64,000 nt of DNA from an uncultured delta proteobacterium (GTDB lineage Bacteria > Myxococcota_A > Polyangia > Palsa-1104), in the NCBI GenBank assembly GCA_963785725.1, contig CAWAWS010000027.1:5708-69707 (forward strand), in the 5' to 3' direction. A program made the position numbers and the translations under genes. Under the pieces are notes generated by a model. The model saw only the letters and a list, made by a program, of their open reading frames with translations, had not been told where the DNA came from and made no database searches. How positions within the stretch are numbered: position 1 is the stretch's first letter; each line of letters opens with the position of its first letter. Positions 49,831 through 61,150 of the stretch are shown here, piece after piece.

Positions 49831-50451
49831 ATGCGATTTTCGCCCCTCTTGGTCATCGTGCTGGCTACAGTCCTCGTCGCCGGTTGTGCGACCTACTCAG
49901 CGGCGCCGCGGCGAATCTGCGTGGTCGAGCCGGGCTCGAAGCTCCAGGCATTCCAGGCGCTGCAGTCACGGCGCGGGCCGACCCGCTTCGCGCAGGTGAC
50001 GCCGACGATCTATCGCGGCGGCGAGCCCAACGAGGAGCAGATGGCGCAGCTGAGCGCGCTCGGCGTGCGCACCATCATCGACCTGCGCAATCGGCCGCTC
50101 GACGTGGCCGCCGAGGCCGCGAGCGCCCGCAAGGTGGGCATCCAGGCGCTCAATTTCCCGTTCAGCGGCCTATCGGAGCCGGACCCGGCGGTGCTGCAGC
50201 ACGCGGTGGCGGCGATTCAGGGGGCGTCGTCGGGCTCGGTCTACGTGCATTGCCAGCAGGGCCGCGATCGCACGTCGCTCATCGTCGCGCTCTACCGCGT
50301 CTGGGTCGAAGGCTGGAATCCCAATGTCGCCTGGCGCAAGGAGGCGCTCGACTTCGGGCACGGCGGCATGCGCGCCATCTTCTTCCGCAAGCTCGACCGC
50401 GTGTTCGTGCGGCTGACCGCGCCGACGGCGACGGCGCCGCATCTCACCTGA
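49831..50451 (+). CDS. Exported tyrosine/dual-specificity phosphatase-like lipoprotein
   Basis: Lipobox VAGC; IYRGGEP, IIDLR, P-loop HCQQGRDRT. Confidence 0.85.
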   Translation: MRFSPLLVIVLATVLVAGCATYSAAPRRICVVEPGSKLQAFQALQSRRGPTRFAQVTPTIYRGGEPNEEQMAQLSALGVRTIIDLRNRPLDVAAEAASARKVGIQALNFPFSGLSEPDPAVLQHAVAAIQGASSGSVYVHCQQGRDRTSLIVALYRVWVEGWNPNVAWRKEALDFGHGGMRAIFFRKLDRVFVRLTAPTATAPHLT

Positions 50452-50527
50452 CCTGACGACCTGACGCGCGCCCATCGGCCGCGCGACCGCAGCACACCCA
50501 ACGAATCCTTAAAGCAGCAATGAGCGG

Positions 50528-52156
50528 TTAGTTCGCGCGCAAAAGCTCGGCGCAGCGTTCGCCGATCATCATGCAGGGCGCGTTCGTGTTGCCGCCGGTG
50601 ATCGACGGCATGATGGCGGCATCGGCGACGCGCAGCCCTTCGATGCCGCGCACCCGCAGCTGCGGGTCGACGACGGCGCGCTCGTCGGTGCCCATGCGGC
50701 ACGTGCCGACCGGGTGGTAGACGGTGTGGATGCGGTTGGGCAGCTCGGCCGCCATCGCCTCCGCCGACGCGAACTCGGCGCCGGGATGGAGCTCGCCCGT
50801 GACCACCCCCGACAGCGCCGACGCGGCCATGATGTCACGCACCATCGTAATGCCCTCGAGCAAGAGGCGGCGATCGTCACCCTGCTCGAGGAAGTGCGGA
50901 TCGATGTGCGGCGCCGCCGTCGGATCGGCCGACACGAGCCGCATTTCGCCGCGGCTCTTCGGGTAAATCAGCGTCGGCATCACCGTCAGCGCCGGTCGCT
51001 TGTCGACGGTCGGACGCACCGGCTTGTCCTGATTCGGCGACGGATACGACCACGGCAGACAGTGAATCTGCAGGTCGGGAACGCCGGCGCGCGCTTGGCT
51101 CGAACGCAGAAAGCCCATGGCGTCGAACACCGTGCGGCCGAACCAGCTGTCGCCCTTGAACGTCTGCGCCAGCATGCCGCCGAAGAAGTGCCAGGCCGTG
51201 CCGCGATGCACCGCTTTCGGCGCCAAAAAGGTCATGGGCACGAAGAGGTGATCGTGCAGGTTCTTGCCGACGGGGAGATCGGCAACGGTCGTAATGCCGT
51301 GCGCCGCCAGCTCTGCGGCGGGCCCGACGCCCGACAGCATGAGCAGCTGCGCCGAGCCGATGACGCCGGCCGACAAGATGACCTCGCGCCGCGCCCGAAT
51401 CGTGCGCGTCTGCCCGTCGGCGATGAGCTCGACGCCGACGGCGCGGCCGCGCTCGATGACGACGCGCGCCACCGTCGCGCCCGTCTGCACGTGGAAGTTG
51501 GCGCGCGCCTTGGCCGGATGCACGTACGCCTCCGATGAGCTGAAGCGACGACCGTCGCGCGCGTTCATCTGGCACACGCCGATGCCCTCCTGCGACGCGC
51601 CGTTGTAGTCGTCGAGGATCGGCACGCCCTGCTGCTCCGCCAGCGCCTGCATGAACGCCGTCGTCGCGGGCACGAGATCCTTCGTCGGCGACACGCGAAT
51701 GGGACCGCCGGCGCCGCGGAATTCGTTGGCGCCGCCCTCCCAATCTTCGAGCCGGCGGAAGCAGCGCAGCGCGTCGGACCAGCCCCAGCCGCTGCAGCCT
51801 TCGGCGGCCCAATCCTCGTAGTTCTGCTTGTTGCCGCGGACGTAGACCATGCCGTTGATGGCGCTCGAGCCGCCGAGCACGCGGCCGCGCACGTACGGGA
51901 TGCGGCGGCCGGCGGCGTTCGACTGCGGCGCCGTGTAGTAGCCCCAGTCGAAGCGCTTCTTGACCTTGGGCTCGGTGTGGATGATCGACACCATGCCGGG
52001 AATCGTGCACAGCTTGGTGCGGTCGCTGCCGCCGGCCTCGAGGAGCAGGACTTCCGTGCCGGCGTCCTCCGACAGGCGGCTGGCGACGATGCCGCCCGCC
52101 GACCCGGCCCCGACGACGATGTAGTCCACTTCCGCGACTTCGGATGACGCTTTCAT
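50528..52156 (-). CDS. GMC-family FAD oxidoreductase (choline dehydrogenase-like)
   Basis: GAGSAG, RGRVLGGSSAINGM, GKNLHDH, YHPVGTCRMG, GGNTNAP. Confidence 0.93.
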   Translation of the reverse strand: MKASSEVAEVDYIVVGAGSAGGIVASRLSEDAGTEVLLLEAGGSDRTKLCTIPGMVSIIHTEPKVKKRFDWGYYTAPQSNAAGRRIPYVRGRVLGGSSAINGMVYVRGNKQNYEDWAAEGCSGWGWSDALRCFRRLEDWEGGANEFRGAGGPIRVSPTKDLVPATTAFMQALAEQQGVPILDDYNGASQEGIGVCQMNARDGRRFSSSEAYVHPAKARANFHVQTGATVARVVIERGRAVGVELIADGQTRTIRARREVILSAGVIGSAQLLMLSGVGPAAELAAHGITTVADLPVGKNLHDHLFVPMTFLAPKAVHRGTAWHFFGGMLAQTFKGDSWFGRTVFDAMGFLRSSQARAGVPDLQIHCLPWSYPSPNQDKPVRPTVDKRPALTVMPTLIYPKSRGEMRLVSADPTAAPHIDPHFLEQGDDRRLLLEGITMVRDIMAASALSGVVTGELHPGAEFASAEAMAAELPNRIHTVYHPVGTCRMGTDERAVVDPQLRVRGIEGLRVADAAIMPSITGGNTNAPCMMIGERCAELLRAN

Positions 52157-52211
52157 GCCGGCTGGCCTCCAGGCGACCGCCCTAGTCGCCTACGCCTAGT
52201 CTGCACGAAAT

Positions 52212-52246
52212 TGAAACTTGTTCTAGTCCTTAAAGAACGCGTTCTA
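52212..52246. promoter_or_regulatory. Two palindromic operators (TnnAACnnGTTnnA, KstR-like TetR box)
   Basis: TGAAACTTGTTCTA (52212-52225) and AAGAACGCGTTCTA (52233-52246), 21 bp apart. Confidence 0.6.
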
Positions 52247-52470
52247 GCGGATGCGCTAGTCGGCCGCGCCACTGCGGCGACCGCGAAGAATGTCCGTGCG
52301 TGAGATGTCGCCGGCGACCGATTCGTAACCGGGCGCGCGCGGTTCGCCGCCAACGACCGCCCGCCTACGTGCATCAACGTAGCGCGCGCTCGTCGACGAC
52401 GCGCTCGTCGAGCCGCCACTTGCTAGCCCGAATGTAGTCGTTACATGTTCCGCGACTCTTCGCTGGAGGC

Positions 52471-53634
52471 GTGGTGGTGACTAGGCGGACGATCGGCGCG
52501 ATCGGTTTCCTTCTGCTCTCCGGATGCCGCAAGCCACCGCCACCGCCGCCGCCGGCCGCGACCGTCGTGGCCGACGTGGTGACGACGCGCAGCGTGCCGC
52601 TCGTCAAAGAATATCTGGCGACGATCGAGGGCGCGACGACCGCGCAGATCGAGCCGCAAGTCGCCGGGTATATCCTCGAGGTCAACTACACCGAAGGCAG
52701 TATCGTCCAAAAGGGTCAGCTCTTGTTCACCATCGACCCGCGCCCGCTGGCGGCGGCGCTGGAGAAGGCGCGCGGCGATCACGCGAGCGCGCTGGCCCAG
52801 CTCGACAAGTCCAAGGCCGACGTCGCGCGCTACACGCCGCTCGTGGCGCAGCACGCGCTCAGCCGCGAGCAGCTCGACGACGCCAAGGCCGCGGTGCTGG
52901 AGGCGCAAGGCAACGTCGTCTCGACCGCCGGTCAGCTGCACACGGCCAAGCTCAACCTCGACTGGACGCAGGTGCGCTCGCCCATCGCCGGCCTCGTCGG
53001 CCTGGCGCAGACGCGCGTCGGCACGCTGGTGACCGCGAACCAGGTGCTGACGGTGGTCTCGACGGTCGATCCGATCCGCGCGTCGTTTCACGTCAGCCAG
53101 CAGGAGTACCTGAAATATGCCGACGTGCTCAATCGGCCGGCGGCGCCGGAGTATGCGCGGCTGCGCTACTTCGAGCTCATCCTCGGCAACGGTCAGCCCT
53201 ATCCCGAGCGGGCGCGCGAGGTCGTCGTCAATCGCCAGATCGACGTCAGCACGGGAACCTTGACGGTCGAGGCGTTCTTCCCCAATCCGAAGCGCATCTT
53301 GCGGCCGGGGCTCACCGGCAATGTGCGCGTCCACGTCGGCACCGACGTGCCGACGCCGGTCGTGCCCGAGCGCGCCGTGACCGAGCTGCAAGGGCAGTCG
53401 CAGGTGTCGATCATCGACAACGACGGGCGCGTGCAGACGCGCAAGGTCAAGCTGGGCGGGCAGCTCGAGCACTCGTTCGTCGTCGAGAGTGGCCTTATGG
53501 CCGGCGATCGCGTCATCACCGAAGGGCAGCAGAACATCATGCCCGGCGCCAAAGTGAACGTGCGCAACGCGTCGGCACGGGCGCCGTCGTCGCCGCTGTC
53601 GAGCGCGGAAAAGCCGCATCAACAGGAGCCGTAG
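52471..53634 (+). CDS. RND efflux membrane fusion protein
   Basis: Lipobox LSGC; PQVAGYI, KGQLLFTIDP, VRSPIAG, LRPG. Confidence 0.92.
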   Translation: MVVTRRTIGAIGFLLLSGCRKPPPPPPPAATVVADVVTTRSVPLVKEYLATIEGATTAQIEPQVAGYILEVNYTEGSIVQKGQLLFTIDPRPLAAALEKARGDHASALAQLDKSKADVARYTPLVAQHALSREQLDDAKAAVLEAQGNVVSTAGQLHTAKLNLDWTQVRSPIAGLVGLAQTRVGTLVTANQVLTVVSTVDPIRASFHVSQQEYLKYADVLNRPAAPEYARLRYFELILGNGQPYPERAREVVVNRQIDVSTGTLTVEAFFPNPKRILRPGLTGNVRVHVGTDVPTPVVPERAVTELQGQSQVSIIDNDGRVQTRKVKLGGQLEHSFVVESGLMAGDRVITEGQQNIMPGAKVNVRNASARAPSSPLSSAEKPHQQEP

Positions 53635-53637
53635 CCG

Positions 53638-56600
53638 ATGTCCGCCTTTTTCGTGGGCCGACCGATCGTGGCCATGGTCATCTCGCTCGTCATCGTCATC
53701 GCCGGCGCGACCTCGATGCGCGCGCTGCCGATCGCGCAGTTTCCCGAGATCGCGCCGCCCGAAGTGCAGGTGACGGCGAACTACACCGGCGCCGACGCGG
53801 TGACCGTCGAGCAGTCGGTGGCGACGCCGATCGAGCAGCAGATGAACGGCGTCGAGCGCATGATCTACATGCAGTCCATCAACGGCAGCGACGGCACCTT
53901 CACGCTCAACGTCAACTTCGAGGTCGGCACGTCGCCCGACACCGCCAACGTGCTGGCGCAGAACCGCGTCACGCAGGCGCAGGCGCGCTTGCCCGAGGCC
54001 GTGAGCGCGTACGGCCTGACGGTGAAGAAGGAGTTCGCCTCGCCGCTGTTGGTGCTCGCGCTCTACTCGCCGGGCGCCAGCTACGACAACCGCTTCTTGG
54101 CCAACTACGCGACCATCAACTTGGTCGATCAGCTGCTGCGCGTGCCCGGCGTCGGCGACGTCAAAGTCTTCGGCTCGTCCGACTATTCGATGCGCGTCTG
54201 GATCAACCCCGACGTGCTGGCCAACCTCGGGCTGACCGTGGCCGACCTCGTGCTCGCGCTGCAGCGGCAGAGCACCGTCAATCCCGCCGGCCAGGTCGGC
54301 GCCGAGCCGGTGCCCAAAGGCCAGGAGTTCACATACACCATCCGCGCCAAAGGACGCCTGGTCAGCGCCGACGAGTTCGCCAACGTCATCGTGCGCGAGA
54401 ACCTCGACGGCTCGGTGGTGCGCCTCAAAGACGTCGCGCGCATCGACCTCGGCACCGAGACCTACTCCGAGATGGGCCGCTTCATGAGCAAGAACGCGGC
54501 GGTCATGGTCGTCTATCAAGTGCCGGGCTCGAACGCGCTCGACATCGCCAAGCTGGCGCGCCAGACGATGCAGGTCGCGCAGGCGAAGTTTCCCAAGGAC
54601 ATGTCCTACTCGGTCTCGCTCGACAGCACCGAGCCGGTGGTCGAAGGCATCCGCGAGATCGTCGTCGCGCTGATCGAGACGCTGGCGCTGGTCATCGCCG
54701 TCGTCTTCTTGTTCCTGCAGAGCTGGCGCGCGACGCTGATTCCGCTCTTGACCGTGCCGGTGTCGCTGCTCGGCACGTTCATCCTCTTTCCGCTCTTCGG
54801 CTTCTCGGTCAACACGCTGTCGCTGTTCGGCCTGTTGCTCGCCATCGGCCTCGTCGTCGACGACGCCATCGTCGTCGTCGAGGCGGTGCAGCGACACATC
54901 GAGGACGGCATGCCGCCGCGCGAGGCGACGCTGCAGGCGATGCGCGAAGTCTCCGGTCCGGTCGTCGCCATCGCGCTGGTGCTCGCCGCCGTGTTCGTCC
55001 CCATCGCCTTCGTCGTCGGCATCAAAGGGCGGCTGTTCCAGCAGTTCGCGCTCACCATCGCCGCGTCGGTCATCATCTCGGCGTTCACCGCGCTCACGCT
55101 CAGCCCGGCCTTGACCGCGATGCTGCTCAAGCCGCAAAAGCGCGGTCGCGGCCTCATCGCGCGCTTCTTCGCCGGCTTCGATCGCGTGTTCGGCTGGACG
55201 ACCGGCCACTACGTCAATTTGGCCGGCATCCTCGTGCGCAAGACCTTCATCGCCTTCGTGATCTTGGCGCTGTTCGGCGCCGGCGCGGCGCTCGTGGGCC
55301 GGCGGCTGCCGTCGAGCTTCGTGCCCGACGAGGACCAAGGCTTCATCTTCGGCAACCTGCAGCTGCCCGACGCCGCCTCCTTGCAGCGCACCAACGAGAT
55401 GATGGGCAAGCTCGAAGAGATCATGGCGCACACCGACGGCATCGAGTCTTACACGACCGTCGCCGGCTTCAGCCTCCTGACCTCGACGGCGGCGAGCAAC
55501 CAAGGCCTCATGTTCATCAAGCTCAAGCCGTGGAAAGTGCGCAAGTCGCAGGCGCTGTCGGTCGAAGGCATCGTCGGCGCGCTCAATCGGCGCTTCGCCG
55601 GCGTCATCGAAGGGCGCGCCTTTACGTTTCCACCGCCGGCCATCCTCGGCATCGGCACGTCGGGCGGCTTCGACATGATGCTCGAAGATCGCGCCGGCAT
55701 CTCCGTCGAGGAGCTGGCGACCAACGTCGAGAAGTTCATGGCGGTGGCCAAGCAGCGGCCCGAGCTCGTCCGCCTCAACGACGGCTTCCGCCCGGTCGTG
55801 CCGCAGCTCTATGCGCACGTCAACGAGGCGCTGGCGCTCAAGCAAGGCGTCGACTTGGGTGACGTCTACACGACCTTGGGCAGCTTCATGGGCGGCCAGT
55901 ACATCAACGACTTCAACCGCTTTGGCCGCGTCTGGCGCGTCTATCTCGAGGCCGACGGCGACTTCCGCACGCGCCCCGACAACATCGATCGCTTCTACGT
56001 GCGCAACAAGAACAACGAGATGGTGCCGCTCTCGACGCTGGTGACGATCGAGAAGGTCAACGGACCGCTGTTCACGACGCGCTTCAACATGTATCGCTCG
56101 GCCGAGATCACCGGCTCGGCGGCGCCCGGCTACAGCTCGGGACAGGCGATGGCGGCGCTGGTCGAGGTCGCGCACCAGACGCTGCCGAAGGAGATGTCGT
56201 TCGACTGGTCCGGCATGTCGTATCAAGAGCAAAAGGCCGGCGGCGTCGGCGGCGTGCTGACGTTGGCGCTGCTCTTGGTGTTCCTCATTCTGGCGGCGCA
56301 ATACGAGAGCTGGTCGCTGCCGTTCAGCGTGCTGTTGTCGACGCCCATCGCGCTCTTCGGCGCGCTCGCCGGCCTCTTCATCCGCAAGCTGTCGCTCGAC
56401 GTCTACGGGCAGATCGGCCTCATCATGCTCATTGGCCTCGCGGCGAAGAACGCCATCTTGATCGTCGAGTTCGCGCGCGCCCAGCTCGAAGGCGAAGGCC
56501 ACGTGACCATCGAGGATTCGGCGCTGGCGGCGGCGCGACTGCGCTTTCGCCCGATCTTGATGACGTCGTTCGCCTTCATCTTCGGCATGACGCCGTTGTG

Positions 56601-56838
56601 GGTCGCGGCCGGCGCCGGCGCCGTGTCGCGCCGCGAGCTGGGCTCGGCCGTCATCGTCGGCATGCTGATCGCGACCGCGTTCGGCGTCTTCGTCGTGCCG
56701 GCGCTGTTCACGTTCGTCGAGTGGGTGGTGCGACGCGGCTGGCGGCACGCGCCGACGCCCGAGAAGCCGCCGACGGCACCGGCGACGCCCGCTCCGCCGG
56801 TCACGCACATCGGCGGCGGCGGGGAGCAGCCGGCATGA
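53638..56838 (+). CDS. HAE1 RND efflux permease (AcrB/MexB-like)
   Basis: [44 protein letters not shown]. Confidence 0.95.
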   Translation: MSAFFVGRPIVAMVISLVIVIAGATSMRALPIAQFPEIAPPEVQVTANYTGADAVTVEQSVATPIEQQMNGVERMIYMQSINGSDGTFTLNVNFEVGTSPDTANVLAQNRVTQAQARLPEAVSAYGLTVKKEFASPLLVLALYSPGASYDNRFLANYATINLVDQLLRVPGVGDVKVFGSSDYSMRVWINPDVLANLGLTVADLVLALQRQSTVNPAGQVGAEPVPKGQEFTYTIRAKGRLVSADEFANVIVRENLDGSVVRLKDVARIDLGTETYSEMGRFMSKNAAVMVVYQVPGSNALDIAKLARQTMQVAQAKFPKDMSYSVSLDSTEPVVEGIREIVVALIETLALVIAVVFLFLQSWRATLIPLLTVPVSLLGTFILFPLFGFSVNTLSLFGLLLAIGLVVDDAIVVVEAVQRHIEDGMPPREATLQAMREVSGPVVAIALVLAAVFVPIAFVVGIKGRLFQQFALTIAASVIISAFTALTLSPALTAMLLKPQKRGRGLIARFFAGFDRVFGWTTGHYVNLAGILVRKTFIAFVILALFGAGAALVGRRLPSSFVPDEDQGFIFGNLQLPDAASLQRTNEMMGKLEEIMAHTDGIESYTTVAGFSLLTSTAASNQGLMFIKLKPWKVRKSQALSVEGIVGALNRRFAGVIEGRAFTFPPPAILGIGTSGGFDMMLEDRAGISVEELATNVEKFMAVAKQRPELVRLNDGFRPVVPQLYAHVNEALALKQGVDLGDVYTTLGSFMGGQYINDFNRFGRVWRVYLEADGDFRTRPDNIDRFYVRNKNNEMVPLSTLVTIEKVNGPLFTTRFNMYRSAEITGSAAPGYSSGQAMAALVEVAHQTLPKEMSFDWSGMSYQEQKAGGVGGVLTLALLLVFLILAAQYESWSLPFSVLLSTPIALFGALAGLFIRKLSLDVYGQIGLIMLIGLAAKNAILIVEFARAQLEGEGHVTIEDSALAAARLRFRPILMTSFAFIFGMTPLWVAAGAGAVSRRELGSAVIVGMLIATAFGVFVVPALFTFVEWVVRRGWRHAPTPEKPPTAPATPAPPVTHIGGGGEQPA

Positions 56839-58271
56839 GCCGCCTCGTCGTCGTCGTGCTGGCGCTTGGGCTCGCCGGCTGCCCGCTCGGGCCCAACTAC
56901 AAGCGGCCGTCGACGCCGATGACGAGCACCTTTCGCGACCAGGCGGTGGCCGAGGCGACGTCGTTCGCCGACCTGCCGTGGTGGGAGGTGCTGCGCGACC
57001 CGGCGTTGAGCGCGCTCATCCGCGAGGCGCTCGACAACAGCTTCGACCTGCAAGACGCCGTGGCCCGCGTCGACGTGGCGCGCGAGAACGCGCACATCGG
57101 CACCGACAAGCTGCTGCCGGCGATCGGCATCCAAGGCGGCCCCGGATATCAACAAGTTTACTTCGGCACCTTCCCCGGGTTGAAAGCGGGAAACGTGCGC
57201 TACGCCAGCTACGAAGCCGAGGCCACCGTCTCGTGGGAGGTCGATGTGTGGGGCCGGCTGCGGCGCTTGCGGCAATCGGCGATCGCCGACTTCTTCGCCA
57301 GCGAGGACAATCGGCGCGCCGTCGTCGTCTCGTTGATCGGCGACATCGCGGAGAATTACTTCAATCTGCTGGCGCTCGATCGACAGCTGCAGATCGCGCG
57401 GCGCACCGTCGATTCGCGACAGGAGACGCTGGTCCTGTTCCAAAAGCGCGAGACCGGCGGCGTCGGCGACGCGCTCGACACGACGTCCGAGCAGGCGCAG
57501 CTGGCCGACGCGCGCGCCACGCAGGCGAGCGTGGAGCGGCAGATCGTGCAGACCGAGAATCAGCTGGCGCTGCTCATCGGACGGCCGCCGGGACCGATCG
57601 CGCGCGACATCGCGCTGCTCGACCGGCCGGTGCCCGCCGATCAGCCGACCGGGCAGCCGCTGGCGCTCCTGACGCGACGGCCCGACGTGCACCGCGCCGA
57701 GTCGCAGCTGGTGTCGGGCAACGCGCAGGTCGGCGCCGCGTTCGCCGCGCTCTTTCCGTCGTTCACGTTCAACGGCAGCGCCGGGCTCGAGAGCGGCTCG
57801 CTGTCGAACCTATTCACGTCGACCGCCTTCACGTTCGGGCTCAGCCTCTTGGTCAACTGGATGGCGCCCATCTTGAACGGCGCGCAATATGCGCATCAAT
57901 ATCGCGGGCAACAGGCCAACTATCGCGCGCTCGTGGCCGACTATCGGCGCGCGGTGCTGAACGCGCTCGTCGACGTCGCCAACGCGCTCGTCACCATCCA
58001 GACCTATCGCCTGCAGCGCGTGCAGCAGGAGCTGGGCGTCGTGGCGCTGACCGAGCGGCTGAGGCTGGCCAAGGTGCGCTTCGCCAACGGCGTCGCCAGC
58101 TACTTGGATGTCGTCAACGCCGAGCAGGTCCTGTTTCCGGCGGAGCTGGCGCTGGCGCAGACGATGGGCTCGCAGCTCGTCGCCTATACGCAGCTGTATC
58201 GTTCGCTCGGCGGCGGCTGGCAGACCGCGCCGTCGCAGGCGGTCGCAGCGCGGCAGCAGCGCGATCGTTAG
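56835..58271 (+). CDS. NodT/OprM-family outer membrane efflux lipoprotein
   Basis: [32 protein letters not shown]. Confidence 0.93.
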   Translation: MSRLVVVVLALGLAGCPLGPNYKRPSTPMTSTFRDQAVAEATSFADLPWWEVLRDPALSALIREALDNSFDLQDAVARVDVARENAHIGTDKLLPAIGIQGGPGYQQVYFGTFPGLKAGNVRYASYEAEATVSWEVDVWGRLRRLRQSAIADFFASEDNRRAVVVSLIGDIAENYFNLLALDRQLQIARRTVDSRQETLVLFQKRETGGVGDALDTTSEQAQLADARATQASVERQIVQTENQLALLIGRPPGPIARDIALLDRPVPADQPTGQPLALLTRRPDVHRAESQLVSGNAQVGAAFAALFPSFTFNGSAGLESGSLSNLFTSTAFTFGLSLLVNWMAPILNGAQYAHQYRGQQANYRALVADYRRAVLNALVDVANALVTIQTYRLQRVQQELGVVALTERLRLAKVRFANGVASYLDVVNAEQVLFPAELALAQTMGSQLVAYTQLYRSLGGGWQTAPSQAVAARQQRDR

Positions 58272-58298
58272 CGCATGCGCTTGCCGCGACCGCGTCGG

Positions 58299-59444
58299 TC
58301 AGTCGAAGCGCACGTCGGCGAATCCGCGTCCCGGCCGCGCGAAATAAAAGCCCTGCATCAGATCGCACTTGGCCTCGAGCAGCACGTCGCGCTCGCTCGG
58401 CGTCTCCACGCCCTCGACGATGACGCGCATGCCCAGCTGCGCGCACAGCTCGCTCATCGACAGCACGATCCCGCGCTTCGTCGCGTTGGAATCGACGTCG
58501 CGCACGAGCGACATGTCGAGCTTGACGACCTCGGGCTCGACCATCGCCAGCGTCGACAGCCCGGCGTAACCGGCGCCCAAGTCGTCGACCGCGATGCGGA
58601 AGCCGAGCCGGCGCAGCATCTCCACGCGATCGCCCAAGTGCGGCACGCGCTCGATGCTCGTACGCTCGGTGATCTCCAGCACCACGCGCCGCGCCAGCGC
58701 CGACAGCGGCGACGACGCCGACCACAGCTGCTCGTCCTCGAGGTCCTCGGCGCGCAAGTTGACGAAGATGAGGGCGTCGCTCGGCGCGTGCACGGCCGCG
58801 CGCGCGACCGCCGCGCGAATCAGGCGGCCGATCTCGGTGACGCGCCCGAGCCGCTCGGCCGCGCTCAGCATCAGCTCCGGCTTCGACATCGCCGGCTCGT
58901 CGCTGCGCAAGAGCGCTTCGTAGGCATAGACGCGCCGCGCCTTCAGATCGACGATCGGCTGAAACGCCATCCACAGCGTCGACATCGCTCGCTCGAAGCA
59001 GTTGGTCAGCGCCGCCGAATCGCCGAGCAGCTTGTCCTCGGCGCCCATCAGCTCCAGCGCCTGACGCTTCAAGCGCGCCAAGTTGTAGAGCCCGACCGCG
59101 CGCTGCACCGTCTGAATGAGCAGCGACGACTCGACCGGCTTCAAGAGCACGCGCGTCGCGCCGTACTGCACGGCCTCGGTGGCGATGCGCAGCGCCGAGC
59201 CGCCGGTCATCAAGATCACCGGCACGTCGAGATCGCGCTCGCGCACGGCGCGCAAGAGCTGCAAGCCCGTCATGCCCGGCATCGAGATGTCGCTGACGAT
59301 GGCGTCGAACGGCTGCTCGCGCACCGCTTGCAGCGCGCTCGCGCCATCGGCGGCGGTGACGACGTCGAGCTGCGCCCGCTTGAGCACACGCTCGTACGCG
59401 CGCCGGATCTCCGGTTCGTCGTCCGCCAGCAGGATTCGCCCCAT
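58299..59444 (-). CDS. Response regulator with EAL c-di-GMP phosphodiesterase domain
   Basis: REC (DDE, SDISMP, KP); FQPIV, EALLR, EITE, DDLGAGY, EGVE, QGF. Confidence 0.93.
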   Translation of the reverse strand: MGRILLADDEPEIRRAYERVLKRAQLDVVTAADGASALQAVREQPFDAIVSDISMPGMTGLQLLRAVRERDLDVPVILMTGGSALRIATEAVQYGATRVLLKPVESSLLIQTVQRAVGLYNLARLKRQALELMGAEDKLLGDSAALTNCFERAMSTLWMAFQPIVDLKARRVYAYEALLRSDEPAMSKPELMLSAAERLGRVTEIGRLIRAAVARAAVHAPSDALIFVNLRAEDLEDEQLWSASSPLSALARRVVLEITERTSIERVPHLGDRVEMLRRLGFRIAVDDLGAGYAGLSTLAMVEPEVVKLDMSLVRDVDSNATKRGIVLSMSELCAQLGMRVIVEGVETPSERDVLLEAKCDLMQGFYFARPGRGFADVRFD

Positions 59445-59566
59445 ACACCCTCCCGAACCGTCGCAAATCCGCGGTACGCGGTTAGTTTAGCGCCAATCGA
59501 ACGCAATTCGCACGCGCCAAATTGTCGCCGGCAATCCGAGCCGCGCGGCCGTTCGTAAATCGCAGC

Positions 59567-61075
59567 ATGAGGATGACGCTGGCGCTCACGCTGCTCGTCG
59601 TCGCCGGCGCGACGAAATCACCCGCCGCCGAGCCGAGCGGCGCCGCCGGCGGCGTCGTCTTTCAGTCGTGGTCGCCGGCGCTGTTCGCGCGCGCGCAGGC
59701 CGAGCATCGCTTCGTGCTGCTCGATCTCGCCGCCGTCTGGTGCCACTGGTGCCACGTCATGGAGGAGACGACCTATCGCGATCCGCACGTCGTCGCGCTC
59801 CTCGACCAACGGTTCGTGGCGGTGCGCGCCGACCAGGACGCCGATCCCGACTTGTCACGGCGCTACGAAGATTGGGGCTGGCCGGCGACGATCGTCTTTG
59901 CGCCCGACGGCTCCGAGATCGTCAAGCGCCGCGGCTACCTTCCGCCGGCGGCGATGGCGTCGCTGCTGCAAGCGATCGTCGACGACCCATCGCCGGGGCC
60001 GTCGGTGCAGCCGGAAGTCGACTGGGCGCCCTCGACGCGAACCCGGCTCGGCGCGACGGCGAAGCAGACGCTCGAGCGCCACTTCGTCGACCTCTACGAC
60101 GAGCGTTATGGCGGCTGGGGCAGCATCCACAAATTCGTTGACGCCGAGCCGCTCGCGTACGCGCTCGCCGAGCCCCGCTATCGACCGTGGGCCCGAAAGA
60201 CGCTCGACGCCGCGCTCGCGCTCGTCGATCCCGTCGCCGGCGGCATGTTCCAGTACTCCGACGCTGTCGATTGGCGCTCGCCGCATTACGAGAAGATCAT
60301 GTCGGTGCAAGCCCAGGCGATCGAGCTGTACGTCGCCGCCTATGCGCGCTGGCACGATCCCAAGCAGCTGCAAGCGGCACGCGACATCGCGCGCTATCTG
60401 TTGGACACGCTGTCGGGCGACGACGTCGGCGGCGCGTTTTACACCAGCCAAGACGCCGACGTGGACCCGACCATGCCGGGCAAAGCCTATTACGCGCTCG
60501 ACGCCGCCGGCCGCGCGACACACGCCGCGCCGCGCATCGACAAGCACGTCTACCCGCGCGAGAACGGCTGGGCCATCGCCGCGCTCGTCTCCTTGTTCAC
60601 CGCCACGCACGACGCGCGCTATCGCGATCGCGCGCTCGCCGCCGCCGAATGGATCGAGCGGCGACGGCGCTTGCCGAGCGGCGGCTATCGGCACGGCGAC
60701 GGCGATCGCGCCGGCCCATATTTGGGCGACACGCTGGCGATGGCGCGGGCGCAGTGGCGCCTGGCCACCCTCGATCCCAGCGGGCCCTGGCACGACCGCG
60801 CCGTCGCGTCGTTGCGCTTCATCGACGCCACCTTCCGCGACGCGAGCGCCGGCTACGACAGCGCGCCCGTCGCCGCCGGCGCCGGCGGCGTCTTCCGCCG
60901 CGCCGCCCGGCTCGTCGACGAGAACATCGAGGTCGCGCGGCTCGCCCAAGCGCTGCAGCAGCCGGACATGGTCGCGCAAGCGATGCACATGCTGACCTCG
61001 CCGACGCTGCTGGAGGTGCGACCGTTTTCGCCGACGCTGCTCGTGCTCGACCGCGAGCTGACGCAAACGCGCTAA
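59567..61075 (+). CDS. DUF255/YyaL-like thioredoxin-domain protein with signal peptide
   Basis: WCHWCHVMEETTY, GWPATIV, PHYEK, FYTSQDAD. Confidence 0.85.
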   Translation: MRMTLALTLLVVAGATKSPAAEPSGAAGGVVFQSWSPALFARAQAEHRFVLLDLAAVWCHWCHVMEETTYRDPHVVALLDQRFVAVRADQDADPDLSRRYEDWGWPATIVFAPDGSEIVKRRGYLPPAAMASLLQAIVDDPSPGPSVQPEVDWAPSTRTRLGATAKQTLERHFVDLYDERYGGWGSIHKFVDAEPLAYALAEPRYRPWARKTLDAALALVDPVAGGMFQYSDAVDWRSPHYEKIMSVQAQAIELYVAAYARWHDPKQLQAARDIARYLLDTLSGDDVGGAFYTSQDADVDPTMPGKAYYALDAAGRATHAAPRIDKHVYPRENGWAIAALVSLFTATHDARYRDRALAAAEWIERRRRLPSGGYRHGDGDRAGPYLGDTLAMARAQWRLATLDPSGPWHDRAVASLRFIDATFRDASAGYDSAPVAAGAGGVFRRAARLVDENIEVARLAQALQQPDMVAQAMHMLTSPTLLEVRPFSPTLLVLDRELTQTR

Positions 61076-61113
61076 GTCGCCCGCTGCAGCGCTCGTCGGG
61101 CGGCCAAGAACAA

Positions 61114-61147
61114 TTGACAAGTCATTCGCGAGGGAGAATGATTCTCC
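61114..61147 (+). promoter_or_regulatory. Sigma70-type promoter overlapped by a Fur/Per-like 7-1-7 box
   Basis: TTGACA at 61114; perfect palindrome GGAGAAT-G-ATTCTCC at 61133-61147 covers the expected -10 position. Confidence 0.7.
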
Positions 61148-61150
61148 GCG

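Noticed and set aside
52212-52246. LexA SOS box
   Set aside because: The spacing is GAAC-N2-GTTC, not the GAAC-N4-GTTC of Gram-positive LexA, and the adjacent genes are not DNA-repair genes.
52441-56808. 1455-aa minus-strand ORF and other long overlapping ORFs across the window
   Set aside because: Shadow frames of real genes (here the RND pump) caused by scarcity of stop codons at high GC.
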